Assembly: GCA_016188965.1 (NCBI GenBank)
Contig: JACPGT010000002.1
Coordinates: 84,125 to 148,124 of the forward strand
DNA: 64,000 nucleotides
Reading direction: 5' to 3'
From: Candidatus Micrarchaeota archaeon
Lineage (GTDB): Archaea; Micrarchaeota; Micrarchaeia; Norongarragalinales; Norongarragalinaceae
Each line of letters starts with the position of its first letter. Position 1 is the stretch's first letter. Below, piece after piece: positions 17,863-26,928 of this stretch. The translations under genes were made by a program, and so were the position numbers. Under the pieces are notes generated by a model. That model had not been told where the DNA came from. It was given only the letters and a program-made list of their open reading frames with translations, and did no database searches.

Positions 17863-19023
17863 TCATTTGGTTCGGAATGCTTCGCCGGGGATGGCGGTGG
17901 CCAACTCCTGGCGGGCTTCTTTCCGCGTGCGGTCGATGGCGTTGAACAATCCGGGGTACGGCCCCAGCTGGGCGTGGTGGTAGCGGGGAAATCCCAACCA
18001 GTCCAGCACGCGCTGGATGGGTCGCATGCGCGTCAGCCGGTTGTTCCACCGGACGATGCGTTTGACTCCTTCGATTCTGTTCTGTTCGTCGGGGTGCTGC
18101 ATGAACGCGTCCATGAGGGCGCGCAGGCGGTGGACTTGTCGGGAGGCGACCAGGACGCTGGATGCCGGGTCTTCCGGCACGTAGGCCAACGCCGCAGGTC
18201 CGGGCGCGGGGCCGGCGTGTCGGGTGTACGTCGCGGGCCAGAGCCTTTCCAAGAGGTCTTTCGACGGGTTGTGGCCGATGGCCAATCCGCCGTGTTCCAT
18301 GCCGGCGAATAGCATGTCCGTGTCGGTCACGCTGTCGCCCACGACGATGAGCGGCTTGGATTCGCTGTTTTGGCCCAAGCGTTCGCGTTTGAATATCTTG
18401 CGGAGGGACTCGACTTTGTAGGGGCCCGCGTTGGTGGCGCCGGTGACGCGGATGACCCGGCCGGTCTTGGCGTCGTGGTTCACCACCGTGGCGTAGACGT
18501 TCTTCTCGGGGATTCCGAGGCGTTTGGCGATTTCGTTTGCCGTGGGTTTCCACGACGCGCTGTTGATGTATACCGACTTGACCTGCGGGTGGTGGTTCAG
18601 CCAGCGGATGAGTTCGGCGGCGCCATCCATCAATTCAGCGTCGCGTCCCAATTGCCGCAGTTCGTCGATGTGCATCGGCTTGCCGGCGTTGCGGCGGTGT
18701 TCGATGTAGCGGTTCATGACCGAGCGGATGCCGCGGGCGATGTACGGACCTTTTTTGCGCGTCTTGGCGCTGGCGAAGTGCGTCGGAGTGACCCAGTAGG
18801 ATTCGTGCACCGGCGCGGCGTCGGCGGCCGTCATTTTCCGCACTTGCGCCTGCATCGCTTCAAGCCGCTGGTTTTCCTTTCGGATGGTGTCGATGTATTG
18901 ATTTTCCCAGCCTCGGTGCTTGAAGAAGTCGAACGCTAAGTCTTTCTTGCCGAGGATGCCGTCCAAGTCAAGCACGACGATGAACTTTCGTTCCGGCGGC
19001 GCGCGGCGGGAAAAAAGAGCCAT
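17863..19023 (-). CDS. HAD-superfamily hydrolase-like protein with long C-terminal extension
   Basis: Motif I VVLDLDGIL and motif IV VVGDSVTDTDM. 386 aa, lying between L15 and SecY. Confidence 0.55.
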   Translation of the reverse strand: MALFSRRAPPERKFIVVLDLDGILGKKDLAFDFFKHRGWENQYIDTIRKENQRLEAMQAQVRKMTAADAAPVHESYWVTPTHFASAKTRKKGPYIARGIRSVMNRYIEHRRNAGKPMHIDELRQLGRDAELMDGAAELIRWLNHHPQVKSVYINSASWKPTANEIAKRLGIPEKNVYATVVNHDAKTGRVIRVTGATNAGPYKVESLRKIFKRERLGQNSESKPLIVVGDSVTDTDMLFAGMEHGGLAIGHNPSKDLLERLWPATYTRHAGPAPGPAALAYVPEDPASSVLVASRQVHRLRALMDAFMQHPDEQNRIEGVKRIVRWNNRLTRMRPIQRVLDWLGFPRYHHAQLGPYPGLFNAIDRTRKEARQELATAIPGEAFRTK

Positions 19024-19133
19024 GGGTTAATCCGGGTGCGTACGGGGTAATATGCGATTTGTTTGTTTTCCACGCGGACGCTGGAAGCCAAAAAATGAAG
19101 AAGCCTCGTTTGGAGGCGCTTGAAGGAAAAGTA

Positions 19134-19559
19134 TCAGTCCGTTGCCGTCGTTCCGCCGGCCTTTTCGATTTTTTCTTTAGCTTTGGCGGAAAACGCGTAG
19201 GCCTTGACGGCGGCTTTGTGCGACAGGGTGCCGCCGGAGAGAATCTTGGTCTTCGGCAGGCTGACTTGGAACAGGCCCTGGTCGTTCTTCGGAATCTTGC
19301 CTTCGGACAGGACGCGGTCCAGTTCCTGCAGGCTCAACGTGGCGTAAATCTTGCGCGTCGGGTTGTGGAATCCGGAAAGACCTTTGTCCTTCTTGTTCGT
19401 GCCTTCTTCCTTGATGGTGCGCAGCCAGTTGTGCTTGTGGTAGCCGGCGCGTCCTACGCCGCCGCGGTTGCCTTTGCCCCGGCGGTTCTTCGTGTTGCCG
19501 CCGCCGTGCGTGCGGTTGCCGCGGTGCTTGAATCGTCTGGAAACGTTGCGTCTTGCCAT
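19134..19559 (-). CDS. rpl15: 50S ribosomal protein L15 (uL15)
   Basis: HRGNRTHGGGNTKNRRGKGNRGG N-terminus; operon position. Confidence 0.95.
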   Translation of the reverse strand: MARRNVSRRFKHRGNRTHGGGNTKNRRGKGNRGGVGRAGYHKHNWLRTIKEEGTNKKDKGLSGFHNPTRKIYATLSLQELDRVLSEGKIPKNDQGLFQVSLPKTKILSGGTLSHKAAVKAYAFSAKAKEKIEKAGGTTATD

Positions 19560-19566
19560 AATCGAA

Positions 19567-19902
19567 TCACATCATCTTCGAAGCGAGGTCGTTGATTTTC
19601 TCGCCCCAGTTGCCGTAGGCGCCGCCTTGTGCATGGCTGCGCTTGACGCGACCGGGAAACCCGCCGCGGGGCGAGTGGAGCCTGAACGGCGCGCCGCCTT
19701 TGGCTTCTAAGGCTTTGACGGTGGCGTCGTTGGCCGGACCCCACGCCACGAGCGTCAGCACGGTGCGCAGTTTCTGGTTGAGTTGTTCGCTTTCCGGCAG
19801 CAGCGCGGCGTGGTAGTTGCGCGTGAGGCCGAATTGCTTGAGCGTGTCCTTGAGGGGTTGGCGCACGTTGCGCAGTCCGCGGACGAGGATGACGAGCATC
19901 AT
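19567..19902 (-). CDS. rpl30: 50S ribosomal protein L30 (uL30)
   Basis: LVILVRGLRNVRQPLKDTLKQFGLTR; lies between S5 and L15. Confidence 0.9.
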   Translation of the reverse strand: MMLVILVRGLRNVRQPLKDTLKQFGLTRNYHAALLPESEQLNQKLRTVLTLVAWGPANDATVKALEAKGGAPFRLHSPRGGFPGRVKRSHAQGGAYGNWGEKINDLASKMM

Positions 19903-19914
19903 GTCAAATCACTC

Positions 19915-20577
19915 TTATTGGGCTTTCAAGTCGGTGCCCGTCTTGAGGTGGTTCAGCGAATCCAGTGCGCTGATGCAGGCCTGCGCCACGTTCAGCACGT
20001 TGCGGGTGCGCCCTTTCGTGAACGTCCAGGCGTCCTGCATGCCGGCTAATTCCAGCACTTTCTTGGCGACTTTGCCGGCGACGATTCCGACGCCGCGCGG
20101 CGCCGGGCGGATGGAAATCTGCGTCGATCCGGACTTTCCGATGACGGTGCGGGGCAGCGAATTGGTGAATCCGGCGAGGTCTTCCCACGAACCGGATCCG
20201 AACGGCACGCGCACGAGGCGTTTCTTGGCGTTCTTGACGCCTTCGGCGATGGCGTCGCGGACTTCCGCGCCTTTTCCGATGCCGATGGCGATGACGCCTT
20301 TGCGGTTGCCGACCAGGACGACGGCGCGCATTTGTTGCTTGCGACCATATGCCGTCATGCGTTGCGTGCTTCGGATTTCCAGCACTTCGTCCGCCAAGTC
20401 GGGCAGCAGCGTGTCGATGATTTCCGGTTCGAGGATGGGCTTTTCCGTGGCGAGCAGTTCGTCGTACGTCTTGATCTGCCCGGCTTGTACGGCTTTGCCC
20501 AAGGCCGTCTTGGGTACCCATTTTTGGAGTGCGGACGTGTCGCGTTGCGAGGTGAATCGATCTTTTTTGAACTTCAT
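19915..20577 (-). CDS. rps5: 30S ribosomal protein S5 (uS5)
   Basis: VVLVGNRKGVIAIGIGKGAEVRDAI and GVGIVAGKVAKKVLELAG. ATG 20577 used because the ORF start is GTG. Confidence 0.95.
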   Translation of the reverse strand: MKFKKDRFTSQRDTSALQKWVPKTALGKAVQAGQIKTYDELLATEKPILEPEIIDTLLPDLADEVLEIRSTQRMTAYGRKQQMRAVVLVGNRKGVIAIGIGKGAEVRDAIAEGVKNAKKRLVRVPFGSGSWEDLAGFTNSLPRTVIGKSGSTQISIRPAPRGVGIVAGKVAKKVLELAGMQDAWTFTKGRTRNVLNVAQACISALDSLNHLKTGTDLKAQ

Positions 20578-20581
20578 GGAA

Positions 20582-21079
20582 TCAACCACTGAGGATTTTT
20601 TGTTTGGCAGCCAATACGGCGTCCTTCTGCTTGACGTGCTCGCCCATCATGCGGGCTTCGGAGGGGAATGCTTCGGGCGAGAAGCGCGTGGACAGGCCGG
20701 CGTCGACGGCTCCCTTGCAGGCGGCGAAGACGAGGCTGCCCTTGGTCGGCGCGTGCAGGCCGATGTCCAGGACGAAGTCCTTGACGCCGGCTTTGGCCGC
20801 GATTTTGCCCACCAGCAGGCCCGTCAGATAGGCCGAATGCGTGTTGCGTTTTCCGGCGAATCCGTAATCGGAAAGTTGGCGCGAGTCGGCTGATGCCACG
20901 ACGGTGTCGCCTTTTTCGGTGAAGCGAATGACCTGCGCGATGACGGCGCGTAAGGTCTTTCGGACCACCAGGCGCGGTTTGTGGCTCTTCAGCAGGGCCA
21001 GGCGTTTCTGGTAGTCGGTGCGGCCTTCGCGTCTTCGGCGGAAATGCACTTGGTAAAGGGGTCCTTTGGCTTTCGTCAT
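20582..21079 (-). CDS. rpl18: 50S ribosomal protein L18 (uL18)
   Basis: RRRREGRTDYQKRLALLKS..RLVVRKT. Confidence 0.95.
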   Translation of the reverse strand: MTKAKGPLYQVHFRRRREGRTDYQKRLALLKSHKPRLVVRKTLRAVIAQVIRFTEKGDTVVASADSRQLSDYGFAGKRNTHSAYLTGLLVGKIAAKAGVKDFVLDIGLHAPTKGSLVFAACKGAVDAGLSTRFSPEAFPSEARMMGEHVKQKDAVLAAKQKILSG

Positions 21080-21083
21080 ACGT

Positions 21084-21518
21084 TTACGCCCACAACTGGT
21101 TCTCGTCCAGGTATGCTTTGAGGTTCTTTCGGCTGCGGAATGCGCTGCCCTTGATCATCTTGTATACTTTCGGATAGGTGCCTTCCTTGAGGCGGGCCTT
21201 CACGGCGGACAAATACTGGCGTTGCGCGCGGACCAGTTCCATCCAGCGTTCCTTTCGGCTGTGGCCGGCATAGTAGCTGCCTTTCTGGCTGCCCGGGCCG
21301 CGGCGGCGACCTTGTTTGGCACGCTGGGCTTTGGCGCGGGCGTTGGCGCCGCTGGCGTGCTTCTCGGCGAGGATGCCGATGGCGCCTTCGTTGAGCAGTC
21401 CGCGGACGTCGTCGGCGGTGATGGCTTTGCTTGCCGCTTCAGTGTCCAGGATGCGTACGCGGCTTTCGCCGACGTCCAGGATGCGGGCGGCCAATCGTCT
21501 GACGGTTTGCATGGACAT
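21084..21518 (-). CDS. rpl19e: 50S ribosomal protein L19e (eL19)
   Basis: QTVRRLAARILDVGESRVRI and an Arg/Lys-rich middle. Confidence 0.93.
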   Translation of the reverse strand: MSMQTVRRLAARILDVGESRVRILDTEAASKAITADDVRGLLNEGAIGILAEKHASGANARAKAQRAKQGRRRGPGSQKGSYYAGHSRKERWMELVRAQRQYLSAVKARLKEGTYPKVYKMIKGSAFRSRKNLKAYLDENQLWA

Positions 21519-21519
21519 A

Positions 21520-21849
21520 TTAGTTGAGCACCTTGAGTTTCATCTCGGCCGCTTTCTTCTTCAGCGCGAGGTATTTCTTGCGGCCCATCGAGCCGGCGAA
21601 GCGCACGGCGGCGCCTTTGACCTTGGAAAGTTCACCGGCATTGTGTACCAGAATTTCGGCTTGTCCTGACGGGTGGAAGTGCAGCGTGGCATTGGCCTGT
21701 CCGTAGCCGATTTTCGGCAACGCTCCTTGGCCCTTCCATTGGATGCGTTGCTTGTTGTCGATGCCGCGGGGCTTGCGCCAGCCGGTGCGCGCGACGCGCT
21801 TCTTGTACGTGCGGTTCTGTCGGACGAATGAGGGGATCTTGGCTTTCAT
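21520..21849 (-). CDS. rpl32e: 50S ribosomal protein L32e (eL32)
   Basis: FVRQNRTYKKRVARTGWRKPRGIDNKQR. ATG 21849. Confidence 0.92.
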   Translation of the reverse strand: MKAKIPSFVRQNRTYKKRVARTGWRKPRGIDNKQRIQWKGQGALPKIGYGQANATLHFHPSGQAEILVHNAGELSKVKGAAVRFAGSMGRKKYLALKKKAAEMKLKVLN

Positions 21850-21854
21850 AAGGA

Positions 21855-22358
21855 TCACGCGTAGTAGATGCCGTCCTGGAAGACGCGTTCGTCGCGGTGG
21901 CCCACGGACGTGGCTTCGATGAGGCTCGAGGCGGTCTGGCCGACTTCTTCCTTGTTGATGCCCGAAACGGTGATTTCCTGTCCGGCGATGGCGACTTTGA
22001 CTTGGCCTTTGACCTTGACGGTGCGGGGTGTCTTTTCGCCGAGGAAGTTCTTGATCAGCACGGTGTCGCCCTTGCTTTCGACCGTCACGGGAAAGTGCGA
22101 GAAGACCAAAGCGAGCTTGACTTCGTAGCCTTTCTGCACGCCGATGATCATGTTGCGGATGTGCGCTTCGACGGCGCCGGAGGCGGCTTTCAGCGCGCGG
22201 GTGAGCTTCTTGCCGATGGGCGTGACTTTCACGTCGGTACCGTCGATGGATACCGTGATGCGTTTGGCGTTGAAGAGCTTCTGGATCTCACCTTTGGGAC
22301 CCTTGACCTTCAGAAGGCCGGGTTCGATCGTCAGAAAGACGTCTTGGGGGATTTGCAT
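21855..22358 (-). CDS. rpl6: 50S ribosomal protein L6 (uL6)
   Basis: Two-domain L6 pattern (VKGPKGE.., GYEVKLALVFSHFP). ATG 22358. Confidence 0.93.
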   Translation of the reverse strand: MQIPQDVFLTIEPGLLKVKGPKGEIQKLFNAKRITVSIDGTDVKVTPIGKKLTRALKAASGAVEAHIRNMIIGVQKGYEVKLALVFSHFPVTVESKGDTVLIKNFLGEKTPRTVKVKGQVKVAIAGQEITVSGINKEEVGQTASSLIEATSVGHRDERVFQDGIYYA

Positions 22359-22383
22359 AATGGTTTTCACGTTCCAATCTATA

Positions 22384-22767
22384 CTAGTATGCGTATGCCA
22401 GGAGGCGTCCTCCGGTGTTCTTGGATTTGGCCTGCACGTGCGTCATCACGCCCGCGGGCGTGGACACGATGAGGATGCCGGTGTCTTTCGACGGTAAAAA
22501 GCGTTGTTCGAATTTTTCCCACGTGGCCTGCGTGACGGAGAAGCGCGGCTTGACCGGACCGATGGCGTTGAGTTTGCCTTTGAGCTGGACGGTGATGAAG
22601 CCGCCTTGGGCGTCGTTTTGGAATTCGAAGCCGGCAATGTAGCCGGAGTCGGCCAAGACCTGCAGGACTTCTTTGATGAGGCGTGAGGCTGGCTTGATGC
22701 GGGCCGATGCGCGGCCCTTGGTTTCGGCTACTTTCAGGTTGTTCAGTGCGTTGGCGAGGGTGTCCAT
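22384..22767 (-). CDS. rps8: 30S ribosomal protein S8 (uS8)
   Basis: MDTLANALNNLKVAE.. and C-terminal GGRLLAYAY. Confidence 0.95.
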   Translation of the reverse strand: MDTLANALNNLKVAETKGRASARIKPASRLIKEVLQVLADSGYIAGFEFQNDAQGGFITVQLKGKLNAIGPVKPRFSVTQATWEKFEQRFLPSKDTGILIVSTPAGVMTHVQAKSKNTGGRLLAYAY

Positions 22768-22782
22768 GGGGTGCGATCACGT

Positions 22783-22935
22783 CTATGAGTATTTCTTGAA
22801 TCCGATGTCTTCGGCGCGTTCGCGGAAGCACTTGCGGCAGACGTACAGTCCGTACTTCTGGATGAGGCCGCGGGTTCCGCCGCAGAAGCGGCAGCGGCGC
22901 TTGTCGCGCTTTTTGAACTTGGTTTCCAGTTTCAT
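22783..22935 (-). CDS. rps14: 30S ribosomal protein S14 (uS14, zinc type)
   Basis: Hand-translated 50-aa ORF missed by the track: [50 protein letters not shown]. Lies between L5 and S8. Confidence 0.9.
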   Translation of the reverse strand: MKLETKFKKRDKRRCRFCGGTRGLIQKYGLYVCRKCFRERAEDIGFKKYS

Positions 22936-22944
22936 CATAATGTT

Positions 22945-23451
22945 TCAGACCACGTTGATGCCGAATGTCTTTTTCATGAATTCTTCCGCTTCGGCCGTGC
23001 TCACGCGTTGCTTCTTCGGCAGCGAGCGCGGCGCAATCTTGCGGCGCTTGATGCGCGTGCCGGGTTTTTCCAGGGTGAGGCAGACGTCGAATCCCAGGAT
23101 GCCGATTTCGGGCTGGTATTTCATGCCGGGAAAGTCGATGTATTCCGGCACGCCGAAGGCGACGTTGCCGGTGCGGTCGAAGTTCGTGCGGGCGACCTTG
23201 TTCTCACGCGCCACCAGGGCCTTCTTGACGAACTCGACGGCCGGCGTCCCGCGCAGCGTGACCTTGACGCCGATGGGTTCGCCCTTGCGGAGGTTGAACG
23301 TGGGGTTGCGCGTGCGCGACAGCGTCTGGATGGCTTTCGCGCCGGTGAGCTGTTCCAGCAGTTTCTTGGCGTTCTCCAGCGGCTGGCCGCCTTGGCCTAC
23401 GCCGATGTTGACCGTCACTTTTTCCAATTGCACGTCGTTCATGGCCGTCAT
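22945..23451 (-). CDS. rpl5: 50S ribosomal protein L5 (uL5)
   Basis: KVTVNIGVGQGG..GVKVTLRG..GFDVCLT. Confidence 0.95.
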   Translation of the reverse strand: MTAMNDVQLEKVTVNIGVGQGGQPLENAKKLLEQLTGAKAIQTLSRTRNPTFNLRKGEPIGVKVTLRGTPAVEFVKKALVARENKVARTNFDRTGNVAFGVPEYIDFPGMKYQPEIGILGFDVCLTLEKPGTRIKRRKIAPRSLPKKQRVSTAEAEEFMKKTFGINVV

Positions 23452-23452
23452 G

Positions 23453-24166
23453 TCATTTCACGGTGAATCCCGGTTCTACCACGAACAGGTAGTCCTTGAG
23501 GGTGATCAGTTTGTGGCCGTCGGCGGAGAGGTTGGCTTCGGCGCGGCGGGAGCCTTCGCGGTCTACGATCTCGTCCAGCTGGGCGGTCTGGCCCGAGTGG
23601 CGGCCTTGGTGGATGTAGCAGGTCGCGCCTTTTTCCATTTTGAGGAATCCTTGGACGCCTTGTTTCGGGATGCCGAGCTTGACGGTGTCGCCGGTCTTGA
23701 ACCGGTCCTCTTCGCGGACCATGAGTAAGTTGCGGCCGTCATGCAGGTGCAGTTGGATGCGTCCGCCGGGCAGGACCGTCTTGTCCATGATGCGGCAGAA
23801 CTTGGTCTGTGCTTGGGCCGCCGGGATTTCGACGGGCAATAGCTGGCCGCTTTTGACGAGCATGACGTAGTGCTTGTCCAGGGCGGGAATCGAGATGACG
23901 TCCATCAGGCCGATGGGCATCTTGGCGTTATCGACGTTGCGGCCGTCGACCTTCACCTTGCCGTGCGTGATGAGCTTCTTGACCAGGCGTTGCGTCTCGC
24001 ACACGTGCAGTTGCTCGACCAGCAACGTGCCCAATGCGACGCTGTGCTGTTTGCCGTGCGCGCCGGCACTGGGCTTCTGAAGCCACACGTGGGTCTTGCG
24101 GGCGACGGGCAGTACGGCCGGCGCGGCCATGCGTTTTTGGTGTTTGGAAGAACCATGCGATGCCAT
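23453..24166 (-). CDS. rps4e: 30S ribosomal protein S4e (eS4)
   Basis: GSSKHQKRMAAP..VKVDGRNVDNAKMPIGLMDVISI. Confidence 0.95.
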   Translation of the reverse strand: MASHGSSKHQKRMAAPAVLPVARKTHVWLQKPSAGAHGKQHSVALGTLLVEQLHVCETQRLVKKLITHGKVKVDGRNVDNAKMPIGLMDVISIPALDKHYVMLVKSGQLLPVEIPAAQAQTKFCRIMDKTVLPGGRIQLHLHDGRNLLMVREEDRFKTGDTVKLGIPKQGVQGFLKMEKGATCYIHQGRHSGQTAQLDEIVDREGSRRAEANLSADGHKLITLKDYLFVVEPGFTVK

Positions 24167-24180
24167 TTCAGGGGTTTACC

Positions 24181-24513
24181 TCATTGTTTCTTGCGTTCGG
24201 ACAACTGCGTGATCAGGACGTTGGACGGGTCAATCGGTGCGGGAATTTCCTTGCCGGTTTGCTTCTTGACGTTGACGCCTTCGATGGAAACCGTCCGGGC
24301 GGATAGGTTGACGCGGATGACTTTTCCGGAGCGGCCAAAGAAGCGGCCGCGCAGGATCTTGACGGTGTCGCCCTTGCGGACAGGCATCGAGCGTTTCTTC
24401 TGCGTCGCGCGCAGGTCCTTGGCCAAGTGGGCGGCGACCTGTTTCTGGCGCACGTGCAACGGGGCGTTGTAGCGGGCGAGGCGTTGTTTGCGGGGCAGGG
24501 AACTTTCGACCAT
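24181..24513 (-). CDS. rpl24: 50S ribosomal protein L24 (uL24)
   Basis: KOW motif VRKGDTVKILRGRFFGRSGKV. ATG 24513 used because the ORF start is TTG. Confidence 0.93.
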   Translation of the reverse strand: MVESSLPRKQRLARYNAPLHVRQKQVAAHLAKDLRATQKKRSMPVRKGDTVKILRGRFFGRSGKVIRVNLSARTVSIEGVNVKKQTGKEIPAPIDPSNVLITQLSERKKQ

Positions 24514-24523
24514 TTTTCTCACT

Positions 24524-24919
24524 TCAGACGACGCTGGAGGCAATTCCGACGACTTTCGGGAAGCGCTCGGCGATTTCGCGCGCGACGCAGCCTTTGATTT
24601 CGGTTCCTTTGGGCAGGCCTTGGTCGTCGATGATGACGCAGGCGTTGTCCTCGAACTTGACGCGGGTCTTGCCGCGGCGGAATTCCTTGCGCTGGCGGAT
24701 GATGACTGCTTTTTCCTTCTTCTTGACCATGTCGGGTTTGCCTTTCTTGACGGCGACGATGACGATGTCGCCGATGCCGGCCTTCGGATAGCTGCGCAGA
24801 CGTGCGCGGTAACCCTTGACGCCGATGACGGCGACCACTTTGGCGCCGGAGTTGTCGTCGCACCAAAGCGACGTGCCGATCGTGATGCCCTTAGTCGGTT
24901 TGGCGGTCAGTCCGAGCAT
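24524..24919 (-). CDS. rpl14: 50S ribosomal protein L14 (uL14)
   Basis: CDDNSGAKVVAVIGVKG..VIIRQRKEFRR. Confidence 0.95.
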   Translation of the reverse strand: MLGLTAKPTKGITIGTSLWCDDNSGAKVVAVIGVKGYRARLRSYPKAGIGDIVIVAVKKGKPDMVKKKEKAVIIRQRKEFRRGKTRVKFEDNACVIIDDQGLPKGTEIKGCVAREIAERFPKVVGIASSVV

Positions 24920-24920
24920 G

Positions 24921-25205
24921 TCATTGACCTCCCAATACCTCGAGCAGAACGAAGGACTTGGTCTTGCTGATCTTGCGCGTCTCGCCCGCGCGGACCTTCT
25001 GGCCGACCTGCACGCTCATGCCGTCCGGCACGTGGATGGCCAGGCGCGAGCGGCGTTTTTCCAGGCGCTCGTACTTGGGCACCTTCTTGACGTAAGCGAT
25101 TTGGATGATGGCCGTCTTCTTGGGACGCGTGCTGACCACGGTGCCTTCGACGATGGCGCCGCGCACGCGCAGCGGTTGGTGTTCCTTCTTCTGTTTTTCT
25201 GTCAT
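24921..25205 (-). CDS. rps17: 30S ribosomal protein S17 (uS17)
   Basis: VEGTVVSTRPKKTAIIQIAY..YERLEKRRSRLAIHVP. Confidence 0.93.
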   Translation of the reverse strand: MTEKQKKEHQPLRVRGAIVEGTVVSTRPKKTAIIQIAYVKKVPKYERLEKRRSRLAIHVPDGMSVQVGQKVRAGETRKISKTKSFVLLEVLGGQ

Positions 25206-25221
25206 GAGTTTTTCCTTCCTT

Positions 25222-25494
25222 TCACCGGCGCTTGAGGCGCTCGGACGGAGCGTTCTGGATGTCGTTCCCGTCCAGCACGCCGAACGGGAACGAGAAGCGG
25301 GCGCCTTTTTTCGGCACGCGTTTTGGACCGCGTTCGGTCTGGATGAGGAAAGTGAACTTCGTCTCGTCCACTACCACGCCGCGCAAATCTCGGACGTCTT
25401 TGCAGGACGAGTCCAGCACGCGGACCGTTTGACCGATCCGCTCCTGTCGGATGATTTCCTGCTTTCGACGCGCCGGAGGCACGGGCGTGTTCAC
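25222..25494 (-). CDS. rnp1: RNase P protein component 1 (Rpp29/Pop4)
   Basis: 90-aa C-terminal part of the 186-aa ORF: IGQTVRVLDSSCKDVRDLRGVVVDETKFTFLIQT..KRVPKKGARFSF. Proposed GTG start overlaps the SUI1 stop as GTGA. Canonical position between L29/SUI1 and S17. Confidence 0.75.
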   Translation of the reverse strand: MNTPVPPARRKQEIIRQERIGQTVRVLDSSCKDVRDLRGVVVDETKFTFLIQTERGPKRVPKKGARFSFPFGVLDGNDIQNAPSERLKRR

Positions 25495-25793
25495 GTTTTG
25501 ATGATCTCTCGCGGATAACCCAGCTTGACCAGGTATTCGATGGTCTTCTGCAAATGATCGCCTTGCAGGACGATCACGCCGTCCTTGACGGACCCGCCGC
25601 AGGCCAGCTTGCGTTTGAGCTCCTTGGCCCCGGTCTCCAGTTCGTTTCCCTGCAGTCCTTCGACCACGGTGACCAGCTTGTTGAACCGTTTCTTGGTGGT
25701 GTACACCTTCAATTTGGTTGTGGTTTCCTTTTCGATGGTTTGGCATGCACAAATCTCTTTGGGCAGGCCGCACGTGGAACAAATTTCCGACAT
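25491..25793 (-). CDS. translation initiation factor aSUI1 (eIF1 family)
   Basis: N-terminal CxxC..CxC zinc knuckle, VTVVEGL..KELKRKLACGGSVKDGVIVLQGDH. Confidence 0.9.
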   Translation of the reverse strand: MSEICSTCGLPKEICACQTIEKETTTKLKVYTTKKRFNKLVTVVEGLQGNELETGAKELKRKLACGGSVKDGVIVLQGDHLQKTIEYLVKLGYPREIIKT

Positions 25794-25869
25794 TGTGATA
25801 TGTATCCTTTCGCTTTTTCGCGGAGTACTATTCTGGAAGGGTCCGTTTAAAAACGCTTTCCCGTCCCGT

Positions 25870-26079
25870 TCACTCCGTCCTGATGCCTTTCTGGTTCAGT
25901 TTGGTGATGAGCCTCGCGATCATGCGGCGCAGCTGCTTGTAGCGGCCGGGGTTCTTCGGCTTCTGGCCGGAGCCCTTGGCCGCGATTTCGGCCCGCAGTT
26001 CAGAGCGGACCTTGGACAGTTCCGTCTGCATGTCCGTCGCGGTCATTTCCTTGAGCTTGCTTTTCTGGATGATGGCCAT
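25870..26079 (-). CDS. rpl29: 50S ribosomal protein L29 (uL29)
   Basis: MAIIQKSKLKEMTATDMQTELSKVRSEL. The ORF start at 26091 is GTG, so ATG 26079 is used. Confidence 0.9.
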   Translation of the reverse strand: MAIIQKSKLKEMTATDMQTELSKVRSELRAEIAAKGSGQKPKNPGRYKQLRRMIARLITKLNQKGIRTE

Positions 26080-26087
26080 ACAATGTG

Positions 26088-26918
26088 TCACTTCGTTTCG
26101 GAGGTGGCCGCTTCGGGCCCATTCTTAGGAACGTCAGCTTTCGGTTCGGCCGCTTCGCTTTCGGTTTTCTTGGCCTTGCGGGCGGGCCGCTTCTTGGCCG
26201 GTGCCTTCTTGGAGTCGCTTTCGACGGGTTTGACCGTCTCTTCCGCTTGCACTGCCTGGGCCGCGGATTCGCTTTCAGCAGCCAACGCCGCGTCGGCGAA
26301 GATTTTTTCCGTCTCTTCCGACGGCTTCGGCACGCTGATGGTGTCGGGAAAGACGGCCGTGGGCGGGACGATCTTGACCAGTACGCCGATGGCGCCGGCC
26401 TTGAGGTACGCGACGTAGTGGCCCTTGCGGACTTGCTTCATCGGCTCGCCGGACTTGCGGAGGTACCCGCTGCGCATGCGCAGCGATTTGGCCTTTCCGC
26501 CCTTGCCGACGACTTTGCCCGCGACCTGGATTTCGACGCCCAATGCGCCGGCTTCCATGATTTCGCGCATGGCCATGCGCATGATGGGTTTGATGTTGGG
26601 GCGCATCTCGATGCGCTGTCCGATTTTCTCAGCCATCAGTTTGGCATCCAGCGTGGGTTGGGCGACTTCGATGACTTCGAACTGCGGGTTCTCGATGCCG
26701 AAGCGGCGGGAGAGCTCATCGCAGACTTCCTTGATGGTGGTACCCTTCTTGCCGACGACCATGCCCGGCTTGCGCACGCGGGCCGTAATGCGCGTGGCGA
26801 TGGGCGTGCGCTGGATTTGGATGTCGGACACGCCGGCTTTGGACAAATCCTTGTACAGGAACGTCTTGACCATGAGGTCGTCCAGGGCTTTCTGCAGCAT
26901 CTTGCGTTGAACGGTCAT
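26088..26918 (-). CDS. rps3: 30S ribosomal protein S3 (uS3) with Ala/Glu/Lys-rich C-terminal tail
   Basis: KH domain MVVGKKGTTIKEV and GALGVEIQVAGKVVGKGGKAKS. Start ATG 26918; the upstream Arg-rich part overlaps L22. Confidence 0.93.
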   Translation of the reverse strand: MTVQRKMLQKALDDLMVKTFLYKDLSKAGVSDIQIQRTPIATRITARVRKPGMVVGKKGTTIKEVCDELSRRFGIENPQFEVIEVAQPTLDAKLMAEKIGQRIEMRPNIKPIMRMAMREIMEAGALGVEIQVAGKVVGKGGKAKSLRMRSGYLRKSGEPMKQVRKGHYVAYLKAGAIGVLVKIVPPTAVFPDTISVPKPSEETEKIFADAALAAESESAAQAVQAEETVKPVESDSKKAPAKKRPARKAKKTESEAAEPKADVPKNGPEAATSETK

Positions 26919-26928
26919 GTCATCATCC

